Assembly (NCBI GenBank): GCA_022709795.1 | Contig: JAKLID010000001.1 | Coordinates: forward strand, 1-56,923 | DNA: 56,923 nt | Direction: 5' to 3' | Source of the DNA: Patescibacteria group bacterium | GTDB lineage: Bacteria > Patescibacteriota > Patescibacteriia > UBA2196 > GWA2-42-15 | Part shown: positions 18,125-26,505 of the stretch, piece by piece | How the letters are laid out: the number at the start of each line of letters is the position of its first letter | Position numbering within the stretch: the first letter of the stretch is position 1 | The notes under the pieces: generated by a model | Databases searched by the model: none | The model's input: the letters and a program-made list of their open reading frames with translations, nothing else | Told to the model about the DNA's origin: nothing | Translations under genes and position numbers: made by a program

Positions 18125-20419
18125 TTAATCAAAATCTGTCTGATCTTTTTTATTAAAGTTATTCAGAAATAAATCAATTGCCTCTTTATTGTTTTGATAT
18201 TGCTCTGAGTTTTCTTCTTTTATTCCTTCCAGTTTTGTTTTTAACTCCTCTAAATCAAGGAAATCTGACAAACTTTTATAATTAAATCTTTTTGTAACCC
18301 TCGTGCCATAGTCACCAATAGTTTGGCTTCTGCTTTCCGAAACGAATTTAGCTATGAAGACCAGTAATTTTTGATTGGCATCACTAATTGTTTTTATGAA
18401 GTCTCCCCACTTACTATCTTTGCTCCATTCTTTCCAACGGTACAAAATGTAAAGTAAGTTTTTATGTTTCAATAAATCATCAGGGTTAGTTTCTTCGATT
18501 TTTTCAAGACATAATTTTTGTAAATCTTCAATTTTATCTTCCGGCACAACAAATTCGTCCGAATCTTTGCCCTTTTCTTTTCTTGATGACTCCAAAGAAA
18601 CTTTTTGTATTGGACCGAAGAGACCTTTGGACTGCGGTATAGCTTCTTTTAATATTTCATAATTTTTGCTTTTATCAGACTCTCTTTTTAGCAACTGATA
18701 AATTATTCTCATCAAATCCATATCTATTCCGAAATCCCACATCCCAACTTTTTCTTCGGGCAAATCATCGGAAATGTTGAAAAGTGTCTTAACTACATTC
18801 TTTGCATTATCTTGCGAAATACGAGTTTGATCACCTGTAAAATCTTGAATCCTTTGTAAAACCTTCCTGATTTTCTTTTTCTCAATGTACTCCCTAATAA
18901 TCTTTTCAAGATCTTCTGTTGAATTTGTTTTGCTTAAAATTTCCTCAATTTCAAACTGGCTTAATTCTTCCTCGTCACCACCAGGAATTAGCGTAAAGTA
19001 GCTATCAAAATTATTTGTAGCACATACCCTTAAGTTATTGCTCCAAATAGACTGCCATTCGTGTCCGTGCGTTGAATAACCGTACTGAAAAATGCCGTCA
19101 ACTTGTGGAAATAATCTTTTTAATAACTCAAGAACAGATTCTTTTATTTCGCTTGGTAGTGCATTCAACGCTTTTTCAATTTCATCTTTTCTTGGATTGT
19201 TATCCCTTGAACTTCGCTCGTTCCTATCAGTAGAAGTAAAAATCACACTTTTATCACGCATGAATAAGTAAAAATCCGGCGCAAAAATTCTAATTGCCTC
19301 AATGGCAATGAAATCTATCGGGTTTACTTCCATTATCTTACCTTGATACATCTGAGAGATATTAAATTCCAAACTGCTTGCGAACCTTTTTACATCTCGT
19401 ATGTTTTTGAAAAAATCTTTGAAACCTGAATGATAAACATTTACCCAATACGGTTCGTCTTGTCCAAAATATTTTTGTGCAGATTCAGGTAATATGCTCA
19501 AAATCCGATCTAGCTCTTTGAAAAGAAATGTGGATATTTTTGATGGTTTTGCAAAAGGCACGTTAAAATGCACTTGGACTATCTTATTCAAATAATCCTT
19601 TCCTGAAACACCAATTTGCTCTTCAAGATTTTGCTCAACAATTTTTCTATCAAAAGCCAAGAGATAAATTGTATTTGGAAAGTCTGCGTTTATCCGAATT
19701 AGTCTAAAAATTTGTTTAATTTCTGATTGATTTAGTCTATCAATATCGTCAATGACGATCACAATTTTTTTATTTCGTTCCAAAAGCTCTTTTTTTATTT
19801 CGTTTTTTAATTCTGTAATAGATTTTTTATTCACTAAATACTTCTGTTGAAAAAAATCTGACAAACCAAGCAAAAAATCTTTAAATAATCCAACCAAAAA
19901 TAAAACGAGACCTATCCCAAAAAATGTATATTTAATCCAGTTTGCCGGTATCTCTAACCATTGTATTATTTGGCTGGACGAAATACCGATTAAGCCCAAG
20001 CCCAGAAGAACTTTTGATGAAAGAATACTTAAAGTTTCCTTTTTGGGTGTAAGACTTAGTAATTTAGAGTACAGCTTCAGTTTTTCTGCAATCTTTTTAT
20101 CTTTTGATGAGCCATGTTTAATCTCAAGTTCTTTGGCTATTTCGTTAAAAAAGTGAGTACTGAGATTTTTTTCTTCGGAAAAGCCCCACGGATTAAATCC
20201 AATAATTGTTGGTTTATCGTCGTTTTTTGTGGCCTCAATGTACTCATTGGCTAGGTTAATAACTGACGATTTTCCAGATCCCCATTCACCATAAATCGCA
20301 ATAACAAGACTTTCTTTTTCTTTCCAATCCAAAAGTGCTTTCCCAAGATGTTGAGAAAATCTTTTTCTGCTTAGGAAATCATCTTTTTCGGTTTCGATTG
20401 GTTTGTCGTAAATAAACAT
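18125..20419 (-). CDS. KAP-family P-loop NTPase with inserted transmembrane helices
   Basis: Walker A IAIYGEWGSGKSSVINL. Two hydrophobic helices (VLLGLGLIGISSSQII, FFGIGLVLFLVGLF) lie between Walker A and Walker B (IVIVIDDIDRL), the hallmark KAP topology. The start codon is 2 nt after the res stop. Confidence 0.9.
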   Translation of the reverse strand: MFIYDKPIETEKDDFLSRKRFSQHLGKALLDWKEKESLVIAIYGEWGSGKSSVINLANEYIEATKNDDKPTIIGFNPWGFSEEKNLSTHFFNEIAKELEIKHGSSKDKKIAEKLKLYSKLLSLTPKKETLSILSSKVLLGLGLIGISSSQIIQWLEIPANWIKYTFFGIGLVLFLVGLFKDFLLGLSDFFQQKYLVNKKSITELKNEIKKELLERNKKIVIVIDDIDRLNQSEIKQIFRLIRINADFPNTIYLLAFDRKIVEQNLEEQIGVSGKDYLNKIVQVHFNVPFAKPSKISTFLFKELDRILSILPESAQKYFGQDEPYWVNVYHSGFKDFFKNIRDVKRFASSLEFNISQMYQGKIMEVNPIDFIAIEAIRIFAPDFYLFMRDKSVIFTSTDRNERSSRDNNPRKDEIEKALNALPSEIKESVLELLKRLFPQVDGIFQYGYSTHGHEWQSIWSNNLRVCATNNFDSYFTLIPGGDEEELSQFEIEEILSKTNSTEDLEKIIREYIEKKKIRKVLQRIQDFTGDQTRISQDNAKNVVKTLFNISDDLPEEKVGMWDFGIDMDLMRIIYQLLKRESDKSKNYEILKEAIPQSKGLFGPIQKVSLESSRKEKGKDSDEFVVPEDKIEDLQKLCLEKIEETNPDDLLKHKNLLYILYRWKEWSKDSKWGDFIKTISDANQKLLVFIAKFVSESRSQTIGDYGTRVTKRFNYKSLSDFLDLEELKTKLEGIKEENSEQYQNNKEAIDLFLNNFNKKDQTDFD

Positions 20420-20421
20420 AG

Positions 20422-23097
20422 CTAGTTTTTAAATGCCTCCGCCAACTGTTTAAAGCTCGTCGGTTTGTACTTGTCCCATTCTTCCTGCTTCACATAAAGC
20501 ATTTTGTAGGCGATTTTTTTCTGTCTTTCGCTTGCGTCCTCGCACCATTGCCCCAACCTCTTTATCTTTTCAATATCGTCTAAATCTTCTCGTCCTTTTG
20601 TTTCCACAATATAAATCGTTTTATTGTCCGTTTTTACGAAAAAGTCGGGATAATAACTGGAAATTGCCCCGCTCGCGTTTTTATAATCAATTTTGAAATG
20701 AATTTCATAATAATTTTTAGCGAAAGAAATCACATCGTCAGCGCCTTCTAAAAAGTCGGCAAATTCAAGTTCAAAATCGCTATCCCCGACAATTTTATTG
20801 AATACGCTCTTTTTGGGTAGCAAATATTTTTTATCGGTAACAACAAACGGTCTTGCACTGCTTATTTTGAGATAATTTTTTATTTCCGTGTCGCCAACAT
20901 CTTGCACGGTCAGATTATTTATTTCCTTTTTGAATGTTTCCACGATAGTTTTTACCGCTTCCAACTCGGATAAATTTCTCAAAATATTTGCGTCATTCAG
21001 ATCAACTTTTTCGCTGAATAAATCGTTGCCGATAAATTCTTTTACTTTGCCAAAAAGTATATCGTAGCACCCAAAAAGGCGCAGTTCTTTCATTATTCTT
21101 TGCACAAAAAATCCGACAACGCTTTGATAATTTGGTTCAACAGTACTATTCAAAATCGTTGTGTGATGAAGTTTGTCATCAATTACTTCCTTAAAAACAA
21201 TCTCTTTCTTTTCTTCCTCTGAAAATTGTTTTATTGAGATTTTTTCGTGCTTAAATCCGGCAACATTCAATAAATTAAGATTTTTATATTCTCTTTGTAT
21301 TCTCGGCGTTAAAACCGGCAATTCAATGTCTAAATTTTCAATGTCTTTTTTTACATTCTGATTATCAACTTCAATAACAGTCGGTGTAATCGGCGAGCCG
21401 GAACGATCCATTTTTCGTTTTTCTAGCTCAACGCCTTCCGCCTTGATTGATTCCACAAACTCCATAAAGGCGGGCGTGCCGATAACGCTCACATATTCCT
21501 CAACATCTTGACCAAAAAACATTCGACGAAGACCGCGACCCAATGTCTGCTCCGGCAATATCTTTGAATCAGAGCCATACGGGCGTAAACCAACGATTGT
21601 CGTTACATTTTTGACATCCCAACCCTCTTTAAGCATTAAAACGGAAACTATCACCTTGTAGGGGCTTTCCATGCTGTCTATCTCATTAGCTTTCTTTCTC
21701 AAATCTTGCAGTTCTTTTTCCTTTTTTCCGGTAACTGTTTCCGATATTTCACCGCTCTTGTTTGTATGAATGGTTAAAACCGCGCCTTTCAATTGCGGAT
21801 AACTTTTTTCCAAAAACTCCGCCACATCGTCGCAATTTTTTGTGTCGTCCGTCATTATGAAAAGAATCGATTTTTTGCCGGTCGGCTCAAGTTCCTTGTA
21901 TGTTTTTCCCCATTCTTCAACTCCTAGCCGGATGTAGTCCTCGTATTTTTCAGAAAATATTGAGCTTTGTTTTTCTTGCAATTTCGCTCGGCTCGCCTGA
22001 TCCGGCAAAACCGGATTTTTTACCACACCCTGATGTATTGCTTCAACCAAAGGATAATCAGAAACGGTTTGCACAAAAATTTCCCCACGATTATTTTTTG
22101 GCGTAGCCGTAACATCAATTTGCAAAGCTAATTTTTTGCCCTTTTGCAATAATCTGTTGTGGATATCTTCAATAGATTTAAACCACGCCATTTTTGGATC
22201 GTGGATATGGTGGGCTTCGTCGTTGATAACCATTAACTCATCAACATCGCGGACTATTTCGCCCAAATCAATTTTTGAATCATTGGTTTTGCCGACAACC
22301 TTGTCGCCCAAAAAATAATCTGATGTATCTTCATCTTCAAAACTCGCTTCGTTGATACTACCTTCATAAACTCTATGGATGTTAGTCAGAAAAATATTTC
22401 CCGATTTTGAAATCGTGCCAACTTCGTCCTGTAAATGTAGTTTGATTTGAAAATCATCTTGCCAATTTTGCCCACTATATCCGTTATCCGGCAAAATCGG
22501 ATCTTCGTAAAATATTTTCAATCCTTCAAAATCGGTTTTAATTCTATCTAAAACGATAATGTTCGGCGTGATAAGCAAGAAGTTTTTAGAAAGTTCTGAG
22601 TTTTCCTCGTAGAGTTTGTGAAAATATGACCAAGCCAAGAGCAAGCTCATTACTTTTGTTTTTCCGCTTCCTGTTGCCATTTTAATCACAAAGCGGAGCC
22701 AGTCCTCGGTAAACATATTCGGGCTTACCCGACCCAATTTATCAAACTTGATCAAATCGTATTTATTGGCAACTTTCTCAACATCATAAATCCAAATAAT
22801 CGTTTCTACCGCTTCTCGCTGGGCGTAATAATATTGAAAGGCAACACTTGTGCCGTCTTTGGCAAAAATTGTGTGCGGTTCTTTAAACCACCAATTCAAG
22901 AGTGCTTTTGAAGTTTCGCTCGCGCCTTCGTAGTTGTTTTTTCGCCACTCAGCTACTTTTTCCCGAAGTTCCGGCACAAAAGGTGGCAAAAGTTTTTCAT
23001 AACCTTCTTTGCGCAAATCTTCATCAGCCGGAAACCACCTGATTGACGGATCGAGTATTTGGAATTTATCTTTGGGAAAATTTTTGTGTAATGCCAT
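20422..23097 (-). CDS. res: Type III restriction enzyme Res subunit (SF2 DEAH helicase plus C-terminal PD-(D/E)xK nuclease)
   Basis: Motif I KMATGSGKTKV, motif II VINDEAHH, motif VI LPEQTLGRGLRR, and C-terminal YYPDFFVK...IYIVETKG. The start is set at the ATG at 23097, 4 nt after the mod stop; the longer tracked ORF overlaps mod. Confidence 0.9.
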   Translation of the reverse strand: MALHKNFPKDKFQILDPSIRWFPADEDLRKEGYEKLLPPFVPELREKVAEWRKNNYEGASETSKALLNWWFKEPHTIFAKDGTSVAFQYYYAQREAVETIIWIYDVEKVANKYDLIKFDKLGRVSPNMFTEDWLRFVIKMATGSGKTKVMSLLLAWSYFHKLYEENSELSKNFLLITPNIIVLDRIKTDFEGLKIFYEDPILPDNGYSGQNWQDDFQIKLHLQDEVGTISKSGNIFLTNIHRVYEGSINEASFEDEDTSDYFLGDKVVGKTNDSKIDLGEIVRDVDELMVINDEAHHIHDPKMAWFKSIEDIHNRLLQKGKKLALQIDVTATPKNNRGEIFVQTVSDYPLVEAIHQGVVKNPVLPDQASRAKLQEKQSSIFSEKYEDYIRLGVEEWGKTYKELEPTGKKSILFIMTDDTKNCDDVAEFLEKSYPQLKGAVLTIHTNKSGEISETVTGKKEKELQDLRKKANEIDSMESPYKVIVSVLMLKEGWDVKNVTTIVGLRPYGSDSKILPEQTLGRGLRRMFFGQDVEEYVSVIGTPAFMEFVESIKAEGVELEKRKMDRSGSPITPTVIEVDNQNVKKDIENLDIELPVLTPRIQREYKNLNLLNVAGFKHEKISIKQFSEEEKKEIVFKEVIDDKLHHTTILNSTVEPNYQSVVGFFVQRIMKELRLFGCYDILFGKVKEFIGNDLFSEKVDLNDANILRNLSELEAVKTIVETFKKEINNLTVQDVGDTEIKNYLKISSARPFVVTDKKYLLPKKSVFNKIVGDSDFELEFADFLEGADDVISFAKNYYEIHFKIDYKNASGAISSYYPDFFVKTDNKTIYIVETKGREDLDDIEKIKRLGQWCEDASERQKKIAYKMLYVKQEEWDKYKPTSFKQLAEAFKN

Positions 23098-23101
23098 AAT
23101 A

Positions 23102-25324
23102 TTAAATATTAACCTCAATAACTTTTGTCGTATCGTTGCCGAATATGTCAATCACCTTGATTGCGATTTTCATTTTGCCTTTTGGCGCATCTTTGAAAGC
23201 TGAAGTTAGCTCAAGCGTTCGGTCTTTTTTGGTTCTGAAAGATTGCCATTCGTTTTCAAAAATATAACTTCCTGTCCATTCTTCTTTTTCTTCGCCTGTT
23301 CTTTCGTCAACTACGCGCACGATTTCTCTTTTACTTTCAAAATCAAAATCCACTGACCAATAATCAATCCAGTCCGTCCATTTTTTAGTCAATACTTCAC
23401 GCTCAATAATATCGGTGTTTTTATCTTTGGAAATTTTTATCACCTGGCCATTTTCAATGATTATTTTATTTCCGCCGGATTGTAATTTTTCTTCCACTTC
23501 GCCAGTGTTATCTTGGTTATAGAAAACCGAAAAATCGGATAGCTCAATCGCTACTTCTTTGGCGTTGCCTCGTCCGCGAATTATTGGTTTAACTTCAATG
23601 TAGGCGATATCATAAAATTTGACCTGTCCTTTTTCCACCGCTTTTTTATCAAAAACTTCGCGGGGAATGACTTTGAATTGTACATCAATGCCGAGCTTTT
23701 TGGCGCTTTCAAAATCTAGCCCCATTTCATAGTCAAATCCCAAAACATCGGCTTTGGTTATTTTCTTTTCTTTGCACTCACTGATTATTTTTTCCAGAAA
23801 ATCATTGGTAATAGGCGAATCAATTGATCCAATGGCGATTAATCTATCTCTCTTTTTTCCGACAAAAGCATTAAAAGAATCAACTGGTTCGGCTTTGTAA
23901 GCTGATAAAATAAGTTTTATAAATTCTTTTTCTTTATTTTCTCGTTGGATTCTTTTTTCTTCTTCACGCAAATTTTCATTCACAGTCAAATACTTTGCTC
24001 GTTCGTATTTACCGATGTTTAAAATCTCAAACGCCCGAAAATCCTTGCCGGCTTTTTTAAGTTCTCTCTGCACGCCAATCATTCTTTTGCGAGTAGTGTG
24101 AATAGAAAATTTGCCGACATCGGAAGCAATCCACTTTCTACCCATTTTTTCAGCGACAGCAATCGTGGTTCCTGATCCATTAAAAAAGTCTGCTACTAAA
24201 TCGCCCTCTTTTGTAGATATATCTATAATTCTTTGTAAAAGTGGCTCTGCGTTTTCTGTTGGATAACCAGTTTTGAAAGCATAGCCTGCAACATCAGTCC
24301 AGTTTGTGTCCAAGGTGTCTGTGTTTTTTGCCTTTACCCAGTATTGTAGCTTATTTGGATTGTTTGGATTTATTCGAAGCAAACCTTCTTTATACATTTT
24401 CTGTATATTGTCTTCGCTGAATTTAAAATGCTTTCCTGTAGGTGGATAAAATATTTTCCCATCAATTACTCTTTCTCTTGGTCGTCTTTCTCCGCTACTA
24501 TCATCTGAGGCACGCCAGTAGCCCGCGCGTTCATTTTCCAGTACTTTGGTAATATGTTGGAATTTTGAATTATTCTTAAAATAGACAAACAAGGAGTCGT
24601 TCGCCGTTGGCAGTGAGACTTTACCCTGTTCGGTAATATTTTTCTTTATCCTGTTAATGACAATTTCGCTCTGAAATTTATCTTTACCAAAAATCTCGTC
24701 TAACATTGCCTTGGTATAATGACCCCAATGCCAATCAATACGAAAGAAAAAAATACCATCATCAGCGAGCAAATCTTTCATTAGTTTAACTCTTTCATAA
24801 AGCATTGATAGAAAGGTGTTTCCGCCACTACCCCAAGTATTGCGATATGCAAATTCTTCAATTATAGACGGCGATTTTTGAATTGTTTCGCCTTCACCAA
24901 TTGATACTCCAATTGAATAATCTAACCCTGCACTAAATGGCGGATCAATATAAATTAGTTTTAGCCCGCCTTCTGCTTCAATTTGTTTTCGCAAAGGACC
25001 ATTTTTGAGCGATGATAAAATCAACTTATTGTCGCCCCAAATAAGTTTATTTGACCAACCCTTGATCTGTCTGCCAGAAGTATCAAATAGTGTAGTTTGT
25101 GCTGTGATTTTTTCTTCGCTTCTCGGCTCGTCAATATGCTCAATTGCCTGAAAAGGCAAAACCATATTTTCTACTTCATCAGTTTTGCCATTCCACAAAA
25201 GCTCAACCTCACGTTCGGTATCAAAAAGCAAAAACCGGTATTTTTCCGGCAATGGTTTGCCCGATTCCAAATACTTTATAACATCTCTTTTTTCGTTGTC
25301 GGTGAGGTTTAGTTTATTGCTCAT
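23102..25324 (-). CDS. mod: Type III-like N6/N4 DNA methyltransferase Mod (beta-class motif order) with ~300-aa C-terminal extension
   Basis: LIWGDNKLILSSL, catalytic motif IV LIYIDPPFSAG upstream of AdoMet motif I DFFNGSGTTIAVA, collinear with EcoP15I Mod. The extra C-terminal region ends in VIDIFGNDTTKVIEV. Confidence 0.9.
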   Translation of the reverse strand: MSNKLNLTDNEKRDVIKYLESGKPLPEKYRFLLFDTEREVELLWNGKTDEVENMVLPFQAIEHIDEPRSEEKITAQTTLFDTSGRQIKGWSNKLIWGDNKLILSSLKNGPLRKQIEAEGGLKLIYIDPPFSAGLDYSIGVSIGEGETIQKSPSIIEEFAYRNTWGSGGNTFLSMLYERVKLMKDLLADDGIFFFRIDWHWGHYTKAMLDEIFGKDKFQSEIVINRIKKNITEQGKVSLPTANDSLFVYFKNNSKFQHITKVLENERAGYWRASDDSSGERRPRERVIDGKIFYPPTGKHFKFSEDNIQKMYKEGLLRINPNNPNKLQYWVKAKNTDTLDTNWTDVAGYAFKTGYPTENAEPLLQRIIDISTKEGDLVADFFNGSGTTIAVAEKMGRKWIASDVGKFSIHTTRKRMIGVQRELKKAGKDFRAFEILNIGKYERAKYLTVNENLREEEKRIQRENKEKEFIKLILSAYKAEPVDSFNAFVGKKRDRLIAIGSIDSPITNDFLEKIISECKEKKITKADVLGFDYEMGLDFESAKKLGIDVQFKVIPREVFDKKAVEKGQVKFYDIAYIEVKPIIRGRGNAKEVAIELSDFSVFYNQDNTGEVEEKLQSGGNKIIIENGQVIKISKDKNTDIIEREVLTKKWTDWIDYWSVDFDFESKREIVRVVDERTGEEKEEWTGSYIFENEWQSFRTKKDRTLELTSAFKDAPKGKMKIAIKVIDIFGNDTTKVIEVNI

Positions 25325-25499
25325 AGTTTTTTATTACCTATTGTTATTGTATTCGTTTTCCCCTTATAAATAAATCGTTTTCGTAGCGAAGCGGAGAAAA
25401 CACCTTATACCCCTTTCTAATAAATAAAAAAACAAATTTATTCCCCTTTTTAAAAAGCCTGTCAAAATTTCTTATTATCGGAAAAATATTTTTTGAATT

Positions 25500-25577
25500 G
25501 CGTATAACTCGTTTATATGCGAAGTGTTGGCGTAATAGTGACCTTTTATTGTCTATTAGGCGAACTTCGTTGTATAA
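25500..25577. repeat. Recombinase-proximal structured site 0 (attI-like position)
   Basis: GCGTATAAC-TCGTT-TATATGCGAAGT ... ACTTCG-GTTGTAT. The left arm is the same type as the attC-like sites and the right arm is truncated. The right box overlaps a TATAAT (25573-25578) about 48 nt upstream of the recombinase ATG. Confidence 0.45.
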
Positions 25578-25625
25578 TTAAATAGAGGATGTTAATAAGT
25601 TAATATTAACAAAACTCAAGTAAAT

Positions 25626-26456
25626 ATGCAAAATTTTAATTATTTGTTAAAAACAGAAGAAGAACTAAAATTGAGAAACTATAGCCGAAAAACTATAAAA
25701 AGTTATTTAGCGTGTTTACAAAAATATATTGATTTTTTAACTAAGAATTCAACGAGCATAAAAAATTTGTCATCAGAAGAAAAGGTAAAAAAGTTTTTGT
25801 TAATGCATCAAGATAGGGGCGATGCCGGACAAACCATAAATTTGTATTTAAATGCTATTAAATTTTTTTATCGCGAGATTTTAAAATCAAATGAGAAAAT
25901 TGATTTAAAGTTTGCCAAAACCAGTAAAAAATTACCAGAGGTTTTATCGCGGTTAGAAATTGAAAAAATTTTAGCCAGTATTGAAAACAAAAAACATAAA
26001 TTATTAATTGCTTTAAGTTATGGCGCGGGACTGCGGGTGAGCGAGGCAATAAATTTAAAGATTAAAGATATTGATTTAGAAGAATTAACCATTCATTTGA
26101 GAGAAGCTAAAGGCAAGAAAGATCGTTTAACTATTTTTTCAGGAAAAATTAAAAAAGATTTGCAAAGAATAATGGTTGGCAAGTCTGCCAATGATTATGT
26201 TTTCGAAAGCGAAAGACAGGGTAAATTAACAGAGAGAACAGCGCAAAAAGTTTTTTATAAGGCCTTGAAAAAAGCGGGGATAAAAAAGCCAGCTTCTTTT
26301 CATTCTCTACGGCATAGTTTTGCCACCCATTTATTGGAAAATGGCGTGGATGTGCGCTATGTGCAGGAGCTTTTGGGGCATGCGAATATCCGGACAACGC
26401 AGATTTATACCAAGGTGATAAATCCGAGTTTGAAGAATATAAAGAGCCCGCTATAA
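25626..26456 (+). CDS. Tyrosine site-specific recombinase (Xer/IntI-like, SAM-like N-domain)
   Basis: N-domain LRNYSRKTIKSYLACLQKYIDFL. Catalytic boxes GLRVSEAINL (R), KGKKDRLTIF (K), HSLRHSFATHLL (HxxR) and LLGHANIRTTQIYTKV (H...Y). The spacing between the K box and the HxxR box is Xer-sized. Confidence 0.9.
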   Translation: MQNFNYLLKTEEELKLRNYSRKTIKSYLACLQKYIDFLTKNSTSIKNLSSEEKVKKFLLMHQDRGDAGQTINLYLNAIKFFYREILKSNEKIDLKFAKTSKKLPEVLSRLEIEKILASIENKKHKLLIALSYGAGLRVSEAINLKIKDIDLEELTIHLREAKGKKDRLTIFSGKIKKDLQRIMVGKSANDYVFESERQGKLTERTAQKVFYKALKKAGIKKPASFHSLRHSFATHLLENGVDVRYVQELLGHANIRTTQIYTKVINPSLKNIKSPL

Positions 26457-26461
26457 AAAAT

Positions 26462-26490
26462 ACGGGATCCCTCGGCAAGCTCGGGATAAA
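26462..26490 (+). repeat. Dispersed motif ACGGGATCCCTC-N-CGGGATAAA, copy 1, ending 15 nt upstream of the flippase ATG
   Basis: ACGGGATCCCTCGGCAAGCTCGGGATAAA. The same 12-mer and 9-mer recur at 40100-40130 and 49849-49894 in the same orientation. Confidence 0.6.
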
Positions 26491-26505
26491 GTTCTAATCA
26501 AAAAT

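Larger units (their letters stand above)
15300..26460 (-). mobile_element. Integron-like accessory island: tyrosine recombinase plus three cassettes separated by attC-like structured sites
   Basis: See the individual sites at 15446, 16264, 17830 and 25500. Cassette ORFs are all on the minus strand and divergent from the recombinase. The region looks AT-richer than the flanking smc and flippase genes (not computed). Confidence 0.55.

Noticed and set aside
25626-26456. Calling the recombinase a bona fide integron integrase (IntI).
   Set aside because: The region between the catalytic Lys box and the HxxR box is only Xer-sized, so the IntI-specific extra domain seems absent. I therefore describe the system as integron-like rather than a canonical integron.
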